A DNA stretch of 64,000 bases. Origin: Octopus vulgaris (Eukaryota). The DNA lies in NCBI GenBank assembly GCA_951406725.2, contig OX597816.1:90024001-90088000 (forward strand), given 5' to 3'. Shown piece by piece: positions 1 through 13,028 of this stretch. The notes beneath the pieces were generated by a model. That model was not told the origin of the DNA. It saw only the letters and a list, made by a program, of their open reading frames with translations, and did no database searches. Made by a program: the position numbers and the translations under genes. The stretch's first letter is position 1. Each line of letters begins with the position of its first letter.

Positions 1-258
1 TTTTCCACAGCACATCTCACATATGTGTATGTATATATGTGTGTGTGTATGTATGTATGTGTGTATGTTTGTGTGTTGTTATTTATATTGATTTCAGTTG
101 AATATTTATACTTAAGCAACAATTATTTTGTATTACTCTTCCTGTATTTTGGATTGTTACTTTTACTGTATACGTTTTACTTATTTAATTGATTGTTTCT
201 TTATAATATTCATCTCCCAATTATTGTCTTTTTCCCCCTTTTTTTTCTTTTTTGGAAG

Positions 259-890
259 CTAATGAAGAAAAGGAAACTATGAAAAAAGATTGCAAAATAC
301 AAAAAGAAGGATTAAAGGATGGTCTAGACTCAAATAGTCTAGGAGATGCAAATTCTGAAAAGCAACTGCTAGAAGCCATAAATATCAAAGAAACATCAGT
401 AAAATTACAACCTGCTGCTGCAAATGAATTTGAAACTTCTGCTCCAAGCTTCAGTCAGCAGTCACAAGATGTTGAAAATTCAGTAGTCAGTTGTCAGTAT
501 GATGACACCGAAGAAACTCTTAAAACTGTGGAACATGATATCAATTCTGATTCATCATTTGATTTCTTTGATTTAGCTACTAGTCCCAATGATTTCAAAC
601 CAACATTTGAATTTGTTCATCCAGCTGAAAATTTAAATAGGATAAAGAGAAGTGAAAAATCAGATAACATTAATCATATTTCAGATGTATCTGAAAATGA
701 AGAAGAAAGTACACAAGTTTCTTCACAAGAAGATATTACAAATGCTTTGGATTCAGCAATCAATAATACTGATACCATAGGAGCTGATGAACTGAAAACT
801 CTGGTTTCACTTTTACTTTCAAAAAATGTTGAAATTCAAGAAGCAGCAATACTTGGGATTGTTAAATGTGCTGCATTTACAGACCATCAG
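259..890 (+). CDS. ARMC10: ARMC10/ARMCX-like armadillo-repeat protein, internal exon (acidic low-complexity region, then start of ARM region); upstream exons lie outside the window
   Basis: ORF 252-914; long pyrimidine tract plus AG at 257-258; donor CAG|GTAAGA at 890/891; ends ELKTLVSLLLSKNVEIQEAAILGIVKCAAFTDHQ. Confidence 0.7.
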
Positions 891-1145
891 GTAAGATGCA
901 CAAAAATTTCTTAATAACTAATTGAATAGTTAGTTGTTTGAAGGGAATCTTATAGTAACAACAATTTCTTTAATAATAACAATATACTAGTGATGTGAAA
1001 TCTATCCCTCTCGTGCTAACATGAAAAACTATATGTGGAAAATAAGTGCTAATACTTGCAAATAAACATTCTTTAATAGAAATAATAATTTTATGACGGT
1101 ACTAGAAATTCACTTTATTGAATTTTTTCTTTTTTTTTTTACCAG

Positions 1146-1310
1146 AATTCACTACGTGAGTTGGGTTGTCTAGAAAAGCTTAATGTTTTGCTTAGTTCCT
1201 GTGTCACATCTTTAAAAGTTGGACATAATATTTCACCAGTTCTTATTGCATCAGTTGCTAATGCAATTTCAAATATGTCTGTCAATGAAAACAATCAAAT
1301 TATGTTAAAG
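1146..1310 (+). CDS. ARMC10: ARMC10-like exon
   Basis: poly-T + ACCAG acceptor, AAG|GTAAGT donor, 165 nt phase 0/0; NSLRELGCLEKLNVLL...VANAISNMSVNENNQIMLK (ARM repeat). Confidence 0.85.
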
Positions 1311-1864
1311 GTAAGTAAAGTCGTTTTTTGAATATGCAAAATCTCTTTCTGTTGTTTTAGCACAATAACAATTGAAAGACAATTTTTGTTCACATTTCTC
1401 AAGAATTATTTTTAACTTAAATTAACAAAAATTTAATTTATATTTTTTCTGCACAATAATTTTTTAGTTAAATTTATTTTGTATTAAATGCATATAACCT
1501 TGGAAACAGATGAATATTCTTTTAAAAATGTACTCCTGTACTTCTAAAAAAAATATTAAGAATGATTTTTAAAGAATTACTGTAAAATATACATTTCAGA
1601 TTGAATATCATCAGTGGTGGATTAGCAGAATCTTTTGAACATTTAAGAGAAAAATGAATGCTGAATCTTGTTACTGCCTTTACATTCTGACTTCAAATCT
1701 CACTGAGATGAAATTTGTCTTTCATCATTCCAGGGGTCAATAACTTAAATTGGTATAAGTACAGGAGTTGGTTTAATATTCCTATAAGAACATCCTTGAT
1801 GTGAATGGAATTATAATAAAATTCAAAGCAGACTATTAAGTGATTCAGCTAAGTTTAATACCTA

Positions 1865-2092
1865 TTTCTTTACTACCCACAAGGGGCTAAACACAGAGGG
1901 GACAAACAAGGACAGACAAAGGGACCAAGTCGATTATATCAACTCCAGTGCATAACTGGTACTTAATTTATCGACCCCAAAAGGATGACAAGCAAAGTCG
2001 ACCTCGGCGGAATTTGAACTCAGAACGTAATGGCAGATGAAATACAGCTACGCATTTTGCCTGGTGTGCTAACGTTTCTGCCAGCTCGCCAC
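1865..2092 (-). mobile_element. tRNA-derived SINE with conserved central domain (GCCGAGGTCGACTTTGC..CATCCTTT.GGGGTCGATAAA..AAGTACCAG)
   Basis: A-box-like TGGCAGAAACG and B-box-like GAGTTCAAATTCC on minus strand; near-identical copy at 32305-32500, degenerate copies at about 1680-1770, 31755-31865, 31883-32095 and 58175-58290. Confidence 0.75.
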
Positions 2093-2991
2093 CCACCATC
2101 TAAGCCTAATACCATTAAAGCAGTAGTGAGCATCATAAAGCATGAAGTAAATTTCTAGGGAATCAACTTGGCAATACAGTTTTAACCCAGTCTTTATCTG
2201 GAACCCTTTCACTTCACTAATGTCCTTGGAAAAGAACGTCATAAAAACTACAACTTTATATTTCCCTGCTTCAGATAGTATGAGATTAGATTATAGAGGT
2301 AAAATATGTAAATTAAATGCAATGGTTGGACTGTTGAGTAAGGTTCATAAGATAAGCTATGTAAAATTGCTAGAAAGAACAATTTGAGAAAATGACTAGC
2401 TATCAAAAATATTTTTCGGTTTGTGCAGGAAAGCCAACCAGGATAAGATGGGCATAAGGAAATGGATGTTACATACTAGGTAAAAAAAAAAAGTGCCATA
2501 GTTGATGATGGAATCTACTGACAGCCAAAGAAGTAATCAAACAGTACATGAAAAGATACAGAGTTACAAATTTGTCTAACACATGCTAAATGTGAAAAGA
2601 GGTGTTAAAAATTATGGTGATGAGAGCTGCAGCAATGATGACTCCAATGGCTTTGATCATGGTGATGTATTTATTTATGTGTGACAATGTTTAGCCCTTC
2701 TTTTCTTTAGGTTTCATGCTTTGAGGAAATAACTGTAATGTGGCAACAAAGATACAGTATGACTGTTTTTCCATCTAATCTATTATTGTATAAGTGAAGG
2801 CTTGGTGGTATCCACAACAGAGTCAGGCAAGTGAACTCACTCAGTGTGTTGTAGTTTCAGCATATTTGGATACAAAAAAAAAACATATTAACAACCTAAC
2901 ACAAATTTTTTAACCTAGAATATTTCAGCTATTTCAATACAGAAATATGTTTTATGTGATTTTCTTTCAGATTAGGAGAGGGTTTTTAAAA

Positions 2992-3440
2992 TAATGTGCC
3001 GGTGGCACACAAGAAAATCATCCGAACGTGGCCGTAGCCAGTACCGCATAGACTGGCCTCCGTGCTTTTGGGGACGTAACAAACACCATCCGATCGTGGC
3101 CGTCCGCCAGCCTCATCTGGCACCTGTGTCGGTGGCACATAAAAACACCATCCGAGCGTGGCCGTCTGCCAGCCTCGTCTGGCACCTGTGTCGGTGGCAC
3201 ATAAAAACACCATCCGAGCGTGGCCGTTCGCCAGCCTCGTCTGGCACCTGTGTCGGTGGCACATAAAATCACCCACTACACTCTCGGAGTGGTTGGCGTT
3301 AGGAAGGGCATCCAGCTGTAGAAACACTGCCAGATCTGACTGGCCTGGTGCAGCCTTCGGGCTCCCCAGACCCCAGTTAAACCGTCCAACCCATGCTAGC
3401 ATGGAAAACGGACGCTAAATGATGATGATGATGATGATGA
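2992..3440 (+). mobile_element. RTE-type LINE 3' end with 62-bp internal tandem repeat and (GAT)n tail
   Basis: Matches the 3' end of the RTE at 35051-35250; 62-bp unit starts at 3121, 3183 and 3245; ends CCAACCCATGCTAGCATGGAAAACGGACGCTAAAT(GAT)n; CpG-rich, so young. Confidence 0.85.
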
Positions 3441-3453
3441 GTTACTCTAGCAG

Positions 3454-5336
3454 TACAAGGTGGTATCAAAAGGTTCCCAAACTGGTTATGTTTAATAAAT
3501 AATAACTTATTTATGTAAGTTTTAACATCATCTTCAAAATAGTTGTCTTGCGCAGCAATACACTAGTCCTAGTGTTCTTGCCACTTTAGGAATCTGGCCT
3601 GGAAATAATTTTCTGTAAGTGATTCACTCTGGATCTCAACAATGATGTTAAAACGGTGACCTTTGAGCTATAATTTCATCTTGGAGAAGAGATGGAAATC
3701 TACAGGTGCTAATTCTTGATGCACTATACCATGGATGTCGTAAAAACTATGAGCATGCTCTTGATTGAGCTGCAGCTCTGTCATGCCTTCTTCAGTTGTG
3801 GAGATGAAGGCCTCTTCCATTGTGACAACTACTGCTTCGTTTCAGGGTCATACCTGTAGATCCAACACTCATTACTGGTAATGATCCTCGACATGAAGGA
3901 TGGATCATCAATGGCACACTGACAGATATCTTAAACAGACTTCAAAACAATGTTCTTTCTACTCAGTGGTCAGCAGTTGGGGGACAAACTTGGCAGACAC
4001 AGCATGTTCAATTCAGACGTTAGGATTGCCTGCACAGACCCATATGATAGACCAACAACATCATTAATGTCGTTGATTGTCCTCCAATGATCCTCATGCA
4101 TAAGCTGATGAATTTTCTCCACATTTCCGGGGAGTGATGTTCGTGGCAGATCTTCCAGATCACTCATCATCTAGGGATGTTCTTCAACTTTTGAAGTGCC
4201 TATACCACTTGAAATATTGTGTGCGACTCATTGCCTCATCGCTGTAGTCTTGCTGAAGCACGCTCGATGTCTCTGTAACAGACTTACCAAGTTTAACACA
4301 AAATTTTATGGCTCTTTGTTCCAACTTCCTGTCCATGACAAAAATCGCAGACTGTAGCATTCACGTGATTCCCAAAACACAAATTTCACAACTTGTGAAG
4401 TAAACACAGTGATGTCACTTGGCGCACTGCCTCATGGAGGTCACTGCTAGCTCTCACTGTGCATGCAACCATATACTACCTTCTTTTGGCAAACTACAGA
4501 ACTAGTCATTGTCATCATCATCATCATCATTTAACGTCTGCTTTCCATGCTGGCATGGGTTGGATGGTTTGACTGAGAACTGGGAAGTTAGGAGGCTGCA
4601 CCAGGCTTTAGTCTGATCTGCCAAGGTTTCTACAGCGGGATGCCCTTCCTAATGCCAACATCTCTAAGTGTATAGTGGGTGCTTTTTACGTGCCTCCAGT
4701 ATGGGGGCCTCTCAGGCAGCACTGGCGTCAACAATGCTTGAATGGTGCTTTTTACGTGCCACCAGCATGGGAGCCAGTCAGGTGGCACTGGCAACAACAA
4801 CATTTGAATGGTACTTTTTATGTGCTACCAGCACAGCACCAGTCAGGCAACACTGGCATCAACCACGCACATATGGTGCTTTTTACATGCTACTGGCATG
4901 AGAGCCAGTCCAGTGGGACTGGCATCAACCACGCTTGAATAGTGCTTTTTACATGCCACTGTCACGGGTGCCAATCAGATGGTACTGGCATTAGCAATGA
5001 CTGATTTCACTTGACTCAACAGGTCTTTCCAGTATATTGCCCAATAATTGAAGTGGACTCTTAAATAGGCCAATTATGCAACACTGGCATGGGCCACAGC
5101 TACAGTCTCACTAGGCTTACCGAGTCTGCTCAAGCACAGCATATCTCCGAAGGTCGAAATCACTTGTCATTGCTTTCATGAGGCCCAACGTTCAAAGTTC
5201 ATGCTTCACCACCTTATCCCAGGTCTTTTTGAGTCTACCTCTTCCACAGGTTCTCTCCACTGTTAGAGTGTGACCTTTTTTGATACAGCTCTCCTCATCC
5301 ATACGTAGTTTGGGAACTTTTTGATACCACTTCATA
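3454..5336 (-). mobile_element. Degenerate Tc1/mariner DNA transposon interrupted by an RTE fragment
   Basis: Terminal inverted repeats TA-CAAGGTGGTATCAAAAGGTTCCCAAACT (3454-3483) and AGTTTGGGAACTTTTTGATACCACTTCA-TA (5307-5336); ORF 3970-4170 (LEDLPR...NVEKIHQLMHEDHWRTINDI..VVGLSYGSVQAIL) is a mariner transposase HTH region. Confidence 0.8.
4507..5305 (-). mobile_element. Older RTE LINE 3' fragment nested in the mariner
   Basis: (CAT)n tail at about 4512-4530; repeated 3' UTR units; ORF C-terminus VERTCGRGRLKKTWDKVVKHEL homologous to VEGTRGRGRPRKTWDEVVKHDL of the 35914-36327 ORF. Confidence 0.8.
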
Positions 5337-8300
5337 GATGTGATTGTGGTTGTTTGGATATATATGTATGTATGTGTGTGTGTGTGTGTGTATGTATGTA
5401 TATAAGTTATACACCCACACACACTAAAATTGAGTAGTAGACAAAATCTGCTGTCCAGTTTAATGCCTCTACCTGGTACCTTGGGTACCTTTAGCACAGT
5501 CCACTCTGTTACAAGTTTGAGGATACCTTCCTCCCTCTCTTGCAATTTTCAGATGCATTTTGAAGGCTCATGAACATGTGTTTTTCCTGAATGAAAGATA
5601 AAAAAATACAATAGGTTTCTCCAGTTTCCATTTATAAAATTCCAAGAGTTCACTTGCATGCATACACGCACACACACACATTTCATAGGCAGTCCATCAA
5701 TTATAACTAGTGACCGTGTCCATATGAAATAAACTAAAGACGTATCAGAAGTGAATTGTTTTCCTCTAATTTCCCTGATTTTTATCCTTAGATGCTGTAG
5801 TTCAGCTACTTATATCACCTTAATTTATATCTAACTACATTGTTATAGCTCAATCAAGGTCTACTCTGATTTTTCATATCACTAGACAATTGCAAGCACA
5901 GTCTTTGTTTTGGCAACTGAGTTCCCTCCATATTTTGGTATTATCAAACCAGTGGAGGATTTGTTACACCAATATTTCATCTATGCTAAAAATCATTTGG
6001 TCATGCATTTGATCACTGGGCCAAGCAATGCAATGTGTCCTTGAACACAAAACTCAGTTCATGTTTCTCCAAGCTACTCTGTTGAAAATGAATACCAGCT
6101 TCCTGTTGTCACATCTTTAATGTTTTGTTGAGTTGGCATCAGGAAGAGTCTCTGACCGTAGGATATATCTCACTCAGCCTATATCAGATTGGCAAAAATG
6201 ATTGTAAACGCATTGAGATGAGGATGTGCATGAATAGTTGCTCTATTAATATTATAGTAGCTAGAGTAAACATACTGAAATATATCCAGTAAATTCATTA
6301 TTGGAAATTTTTGCAAACAATTACCTCATGATAAATACATCACCTGTAATTCAGCTACTTACATCACAATAATTACATCACAAACCAATACATTATCAGT
6401 AAATTTACCATTGTGATTTTTATCTGCAATGAAAATATATTGCTAATTATTAACATTTTTATTCTCAGAGAATATGTCACGTTTCTTTACCAATGAAAAT
6501 GATATTCAAAGGCCCAAAAATTTGATACTGATTTCAAATTTACTCAAAATGTACATTAAAAAGAACTGAATCAGAATGATATTTCATGTTTTAGTATTCT
6601 TTAATACATTGAATTCTTGCTAGACATTTTTCTTCTTTGTGTGTGAGTGTGTGTGTGTATGAGAGAGAGATGTGGAATTTCAGCAATAGAAATTATGTAG
6701 TAGAAAACAATGAAATTTGTGTGTGCTATATTGGTAAGATTTTCAGAACATCAGAAGGATTTTTATTTTTTTAAAATTTCTTTGCTCATTCATAATGAAG
6801 TGTGATGTATTTACTATGTGATTAAAAGCTTTGAATAATGCTTGGTGATATCTTTATTCTGCAGATAAAATGTATGATGAAGAGTTTACCAATGTTGTAT
6901 TTGATATGACAACAAATTTACAGACATTGGCATTCAGTGTATTTACTTTGCAATGAAATTAGCAGGTAATAAAATTGCAAGTGATGTAATTACTGAAATG
7001 TAATTAGTCACCATGAATCTACAGTCATCTATTGAAGAACTTCAAAGATTTGTTTATCTTTTCATACAGAAGACAAACTGTATGATGCATGTGCACAAAA
7101 TGTGCTTGCTACAGAGTTGTGTGAAGTAAGCATTGAATATAGGGAACTTCTTGAGCCTAGAGAAATAAATGAATGAGCTTGATCTGTTGCATGTATAATG
7201 TTAACCTGCATAAAAAAGTTGAACACAGGTTAGTCGAGAGAGTGACTTAGCATTAAAAGTATCGTTCTGCATATGTAGGAAAGATAACTAACAATAGTCA
7301 TGGAAGGAGGAGATGGAAAAAAGTAGTGCAGTCAGATTTCAAGATGGTAATGCCTATGGATGAAATAACAAAAAACCAATATGCTATTTGGAAGACCCAA
7401 TAAACTCCTGCTAGCACAGAGAGATATGTTATTGCTGCTGTATGTTATAGCCTGGAATTTGCTTTTTAGTCACTAGTATATTGGTATTGTTTAATGTTAT
7501 GCAGTGTGAATTTGTTTGTTCCTGTTCACCAGATTGGAGTATTGCTGATATATTCTACAACAGCTACACTGTTCTAGATATATAAGAAGTACTCATACAA
7601 TGACTTTCTGAATTGCATTTAAATAAAAGCCACCCAACTGATATGCAACACTTTGCTCAACAATTCACTACAGTCACTCCCCCATTGTTACATTGCATCT
7701 TTCTATGTTTCTTCAGCTACTATTACAATAGATTTTTTTCTCCTTAGAACCCATTCAATGTGTCTGCTTCTCCTCTTATCATCCTTATTGTTCACTCTCA
7801 GATCCACCTTACCTCTTGTACTAAAAATTATTTCGCCATACAGCTTCAACCTTTTGAAATGCTTTATGAATTAAATGTTTTCTTTCCCATGCAGCAACCT
7901 GCAGAGGTTCAAACAGTCTAGGAGTAGATCAGATATTTGACCAGAAAGAGAAACCCAATATACCAACCTATGGTTCATTGTCATTTACAGGCAGCAAGTG
8001 AAATTATACATTTCTGATCCTCTTTCCTAAATATTTAGATTCTCTTATGAGAGATGTTCATTCCAACCACAGTTCAGAAACAGTGTTCTAATTCCTAATG
8101 AAAGGATGCAGATACTTTTAATCTAACTCTAAGTCTTGCTATGCATGACAATAGTAGATTCTGTAATAAAGGAGAAAGATTTGTGCTAGAGCTCTGATGT
8201 CTGGTGGGCTGTGACTTATGTATATACATTTTATAAAGTAACTGCATCTGCTACTTGTGATGTAACTGCTTGTAGAGACTTCCTTAGCTGCCTCAGATTT

Positions 8301-8581
8301 ATTCATTACAATGATCCCAAATGACTCAGAAGTGAGGAGTCAAATATTTACAAAAAGAAATCAGAAGCTGCTAATTTAAATGTAATCTTGTAAAAGTTTT
8401 GCTAAAATAACAACATTGACACTTTAGTATATTTTTCTTTTCTTAGCTGTGTGAAACTTTTATTTTAATATCATACAACTATATGAAAGTTTAATGCTAA
8501 GTTATAAACTTCTGCTGTTTTAGGATTTTATTTTAAACATTTCTATCTATATATTTCTAATAAAAATATTGCAATTTACAG

Positions 8582-8830
8582 GATTCGGTGCCTTTATTGG
8601 TAGATCTCATACTTGGTGACCATATCAAAGAAAATGCATTGCTAGCTACATTAAGAGCCCTTACCAACTTATCTACTACAGAGAAACATCATGGTCACTA
8701 TACACAATTAGTTGAAAATCTCTATCAATTAATAGATGGTGACAATATATCTATCAAACTGCAAGCACTGAAAGTACTAGTGAATCTTTCCTGTAGCTCT
8801 GAAATGGTTCGTCACTTACTAGCAGCTAAG
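8582..8830 (+). CDS. ARMC10: ARMC10-like exon
   Basis: TTTACAG acceptor, AAG|GTATGT donor, 249 nt phase 0/0; LRALTNLS and KLQALKVLVNLSCSSEMVRHLLAAK resemble the Arm_2 region of ARMC10/ARMCX. Confidence 0.85.
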
Positions 8831-9524
8831 GTATGTATACAAAATAGATTTATCTCTAAATTCTAAATTTGCTGAAAAGTAAAAGATGCACAACAGCATC
8901 TTCTGTTTTTTGGATGATGATTTTCAGGAATTGCAGTAACAGGTTGATGGTATCCAATTAGTGGAGGTAGGTAAGTTTTCCCCATGTGTTATGAAACTGA
9001 AAAAATGCAAAATTTGTTGAGGAATTGATTCTGAAACCAAATTGTTTTTGATACATGAAACTGTTTGTATTAAATTTGTTTTAACTAACATTTTTTAGAT
9101 TGAAAGAAAGCAAAAAAAAATTATCTTATTGTTAGTTTTCCCTTCAGGTTTTCATTTAATTAAGGTATGTTATTTTACATCTTCGACCTTATTCAGTTAA
9201 GATTAAATATCTGTTGATATATCTGACTACAATTTTTCAAATTTGTCATACCAACCACAATAACAGTTAAGTAATGATATCAGTAATGAGTCACAAGCAA
9301 AGCACATTTCCAACTGAGAGTTACCAGCATAAAACTGGCAGAGCTTTGACCTGGGTAAGGTAGTGTTAAGATGAAGCAATAGATGTAGAGACCGTGATGG
9401 CTGGATTTGGAGGGGAAGAAGAGATGAAGGATGCTGTGAGTGGCAGTGTGTTTTGTCAGAAATGAATAGAAACAAATACTAATTGTCATGTAAGCAGTTT
9501 ATCTTTTATCCTTATCTTTATCTT

Positions 9525-9890
9525 TAACTTGTTTCAGTCATTAGACTGCAGCCATACTGGGGCACCACCATGAAGAATTTTCAATCGAATGTAATTACTT
9601 TTTATAAGCCTGGTAATATTCTATCAGTCTCTTTTGCCAAACCACTAAGTTACAGGGACATAAACACACCAACACCAGTTGTTAAGTGGTATTGGGGAAC
9701 AAACAAAGACACACACACATAGATATATATATGCATATATATGACAGGTTTCCATCTACCAAATCCACTCTCAAGGTTTTCATTGGCTCAAGGCTGTAGT
9801 AGAAGACACTTGCCAAGGTGCCATGCAGTGAGACTGAACTTGAAACCATGTAATTAGGAAGCAAGCTTCTTACCACACAGTGACACCTGC
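9525..9890 (-). mobile_element. tRNA-headed SINE (family with GGCAAGTGTCTTCTACTATAGCC core, tail ending GACTGAAACAAGT)
   Basis: Homologous to copies at 31075-31470, 39690-40108 and 52697-53090. Confidence 0.75.
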
Positions 9891-10828
9891 ATCTATGTTT
9901 AGAAAGCAATTTAACCTCATCTATGTTTAGAAAGCAATTTAACCTCAATCCCATTTGCATAGGTGTAGGGTAAAATGCAAGTTTTAAAAGTGTTTATTGA
10001 TTGAAGTAACTGAGGATCATGACTGCAGAGTGAGGTGAGATGGGACAGCTGTTCTCAATACAGTCGAAGAGTAAGTCGAACAAATATTGATTATTGAAGA
10101 AATTCCAAGAGTGATAGAGATAGCAGATGAACTTAGAGTAATGGGAAGAGAGATTTTGAGTTTGAATAATTAGAAGTCTTTGTTGCTGGTATTAGGCTGT
10201 TGTTGTTGTACCCAATGTTGTCCATGAACATGCCCCTTTTTCTATCTTGGCTAGTCTAATCATAACTGAGACAATATTATCCACTGGTATGATATTATTT
10301 AAGAGATTTGGCTGTTACTTCTAACAGGGCAAACAATCATGTTGAAGCTTCCTCATTGTCTTAAAAAGGTGACTGATTGAGGAGTAAATTTCATAAACAT
10401 GTAGACACTATTCTTCATAGAAAAGGTTGGAAACAAACAAAAATTAGAACTTGAATGATTTGGAATAGAATCAGAAGTTTAGCAGACACCAAAGAATCCA
10501 AAGCTTTTTAAATATAAAAATAGGCTTTCACCCTTTACTGGTGATATCTTGATTATGAAAACAAAGTTTAATCTATCTCTTTCTAAATAAATACCTCCTA
10601 GTATCTTTACAGAATTGTCTTTTAGCATCTACATTCTCTCACTTATACTCTTCATGTTTCTCCCTTCTATATAGTTTCTGGAAGATATCACAAATTTATC
10701 AGACAAAACATTTGTAATTTTTATATGTATGTTTATATTTTACCAGATTCAGTTAAAGCATATGCATTTCAATTAACACAAAACATAACAATATTGTTTT
10801 TAACTTTCATTTAATGATATATTTTCAG

Positions 10829-11116
10829 GCCCCACAATCTACACTGGCTCTATTACATCGAGATGTTGAAGAAGCACTTGTGCTACGATGGACAACTTTA
10901 CTTGCTAATATCGTTCACACAGTTAAAGAGCACAAAATAACACAATCATCTCTACCTTACACAGACAAAGCAGCTTCTCCTGAAACAATGTATACAGCTT
11001 TGTATGGTGTCAATATGATAAGAGATCTTAAAAGCGAAGTTTTCTTATTAAGTAAACACAAGAATGAAGACATACGTTATCAAGCTGCACGTATATACAG
11101 CGGATTACTTAAATAA
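10829..11116 (+). CDS. ARMC10: ARMC10-like terminal coding exon
   Basis: TTTTCAG acceptor, phase 0, APQSTLALLHRDVEEALVLRWTTLLANI...AARIYSGLLK then TAA. Confidence 0.85.
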   Translation, partial: APQSTLALLHRDVEEALVLRWTTLLANIVHTVKEHKITQSSLPYTDKAASPETMYTALYGVNMIRDLKSEVFLLSKHKNEDIRYQAARIYSGLLK

Positions 11117-12257
11117 TATCATTATGCAGAAAATGATGATATTACAACAGAAATTTTTTAAATCTCTTGACTAAAGTGTTTAAAGACGTGCTGTGGCCTG
11201 CAAATCTTATGTTTTTTAATGAAAGCATATATTTAAATATTACTTTTGTTGAAACTAAAAATGTTAATGGAAGTAAATCAAATGTTTAACACAGTTCTAG
11301 TTTAACAGTGCTATAAAAATTTGTTTAGTGTTTAAACTAAAAGAATCATGATTTTTTGGCATATAGCATTACTTGTGAAAAAAAGAACATAATTCAGTTT
11401 TTAAAACAACAATATCTATTTACTGACAATGAATATTAGAGATATATTATTTTTGTTTATTTCCTTGTCCCATAATGGGTTACGTGTTTTCAAGCAAAGA
11501 AAACAATTCTCAAGAGCTTGATAGAATGGAAACATGGTAGTGATACACAGTGAGATTAAAGACAGCAATATAAAGAACACCATGTGTGTTACAGGTGTTA
11601 GCATAGATCCAGTAAGTTCAAAAAGAGCTAAAAAAGTGGCATTGTGAAATATATGTGTGCCTTGTAAAGAGTTAGCAATAGTTGAAACATTATATATTTT
11701 TAAGCTCAAGGAGGAACTAATTTTTCTCCTGAAATTTTGGCTGAGTTTGTCAATTACCATGAAAGAATTTTTAATTAGTATTTAGCTTATATATACACAC
11801 ACACACACACATACATATATGCACACATATATATACATATGATAATTATTGCTTTCTTTTTATACAGCTAATGATATTTGCCAACTGTTTAAACATGAAG
11901 TAAATGTAACTAACTGAAAAGGTTTTATCTTTTAATTTAAGAAAGAAAATTGTTTTTAAATCCGTCAATGAAATATTTCTGTACTAAAATCTCTAGAGCT
12001 CAAACTTTGGAAACTAAAAATAACAATTGACTGTTATAAAATCTTTAATTGTAAATTAAATGGAATAAAATATTTTGAACACAAAGGAATAATTGAAAAA
12101 TCATTACAATCATCATCACCATCATCGTTGTCATCATCATCCTCATTGTGTGTTGAAAGACTGTATCCAGCACACAAATATACAAATTCTAGGCTGCATA
12201 TAAGAAACAGTTATTGTAACCTTGTTTCAGTCATTAAACTGCAAGAAGGCTCATTTT

Positions 12258-12501
12258 CATATACTGACTGGGGAGATAGCTGCCCATAAGTGATGCTAGA
12301 ATCACTGGACTAGACTAGTTTCATCTGTAACTCAGCCATAAATTTAAATGGTAAATATATATACTGACAGTCTGGATTTAGCTAAGCTATTTGTTGATGG
12401 AGTAGCCACTGCTGACAAGTCTGCAACTTACAGATGAAACTAGTCTAGTTCAGTGATTCTAGCTTCACTTATGGGGCAGTTACTTCTCCTGTTAGTATAT
12501 G
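12258..12501. repeat. Long imperfect inverted repeat (about 73-bp arms, about 97-bp spacer)
   Basis: 12258-12330 is the reverse complement of 12428-12501 (e.g. ACTAGACTAGTTTCATCTGTAA / TTACAGATGAAACTAGTCTAGT). Confidence 0.9.
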
Positions 12502-12755
12502 GTGAGGAGGACAATGTCAGAAATGATAACAATTGAAAGTACCAAGTAAATTTAGGTGGAAGTAGTATATAGTAGAAAATTTACAAGTAGAAAGAATTCA
12601 TAACAGACAAATGAGTTGGGTGGAGATAGCATGAAATTAACTAAACTCATGGGCTAGATGAAGTGTGTTCGAGATTGAGTTTATACTGGTTGGGTAGCTT
12701 TTTTCCTGGATATAATCATGGATGTCTCTGTGTGCAGAAAGAACACCATCTTAAA

Positions 12756-13028
12756 TGTAGAAAGCAGTATTCTATTGTGGATTTATTGAGTCTTGTAGAG
12801 AGTTAGTAGCTTTTATTAGCTGATGTATTTTGTTGTTCTTGAGAGGAAGGTTTATCCTTGCTGGCTTATGTTTGTAAAATCACCAGTGATGGTGATGCTT
12901 AGTATGTGTAGTGACTTTGAAGATTTTAGTTGCATGTTGTCCATGTGTAGGTGCAGCAACTGTGTTATTCTGTGTGCATATGTGTGCACAAGACTCAATA
13001 AATCCACAACAGAATACTGCTTTCTACA
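12756..13028. repeat. 41-bp inverted repeat within a probable Penelope-like remnant
   Basis: 12756-12796 vs 12988-13028, one mismatch. Confidence 0.85.

Noticed and set aside
2986-3418. Overlapping repetitive ORFs on both strands; superficially CRISPR-like periodicity
   Set aside because: Head-to-tail 62-bp units without unique spacers, inside an RTE 3' UTR; eukaryotic context
11416-11760. 114-aa minus-strand ORF
   Set aside because: Antisense to the likely ARMC10 3' UTR; no recognisable motif or splice support
12500-12530. GTGAGGA-GGAC-AAT-GTCA-GAAA hammerhead-like string
   Set aside because: Core and stem mismatches and no usable stem I or III
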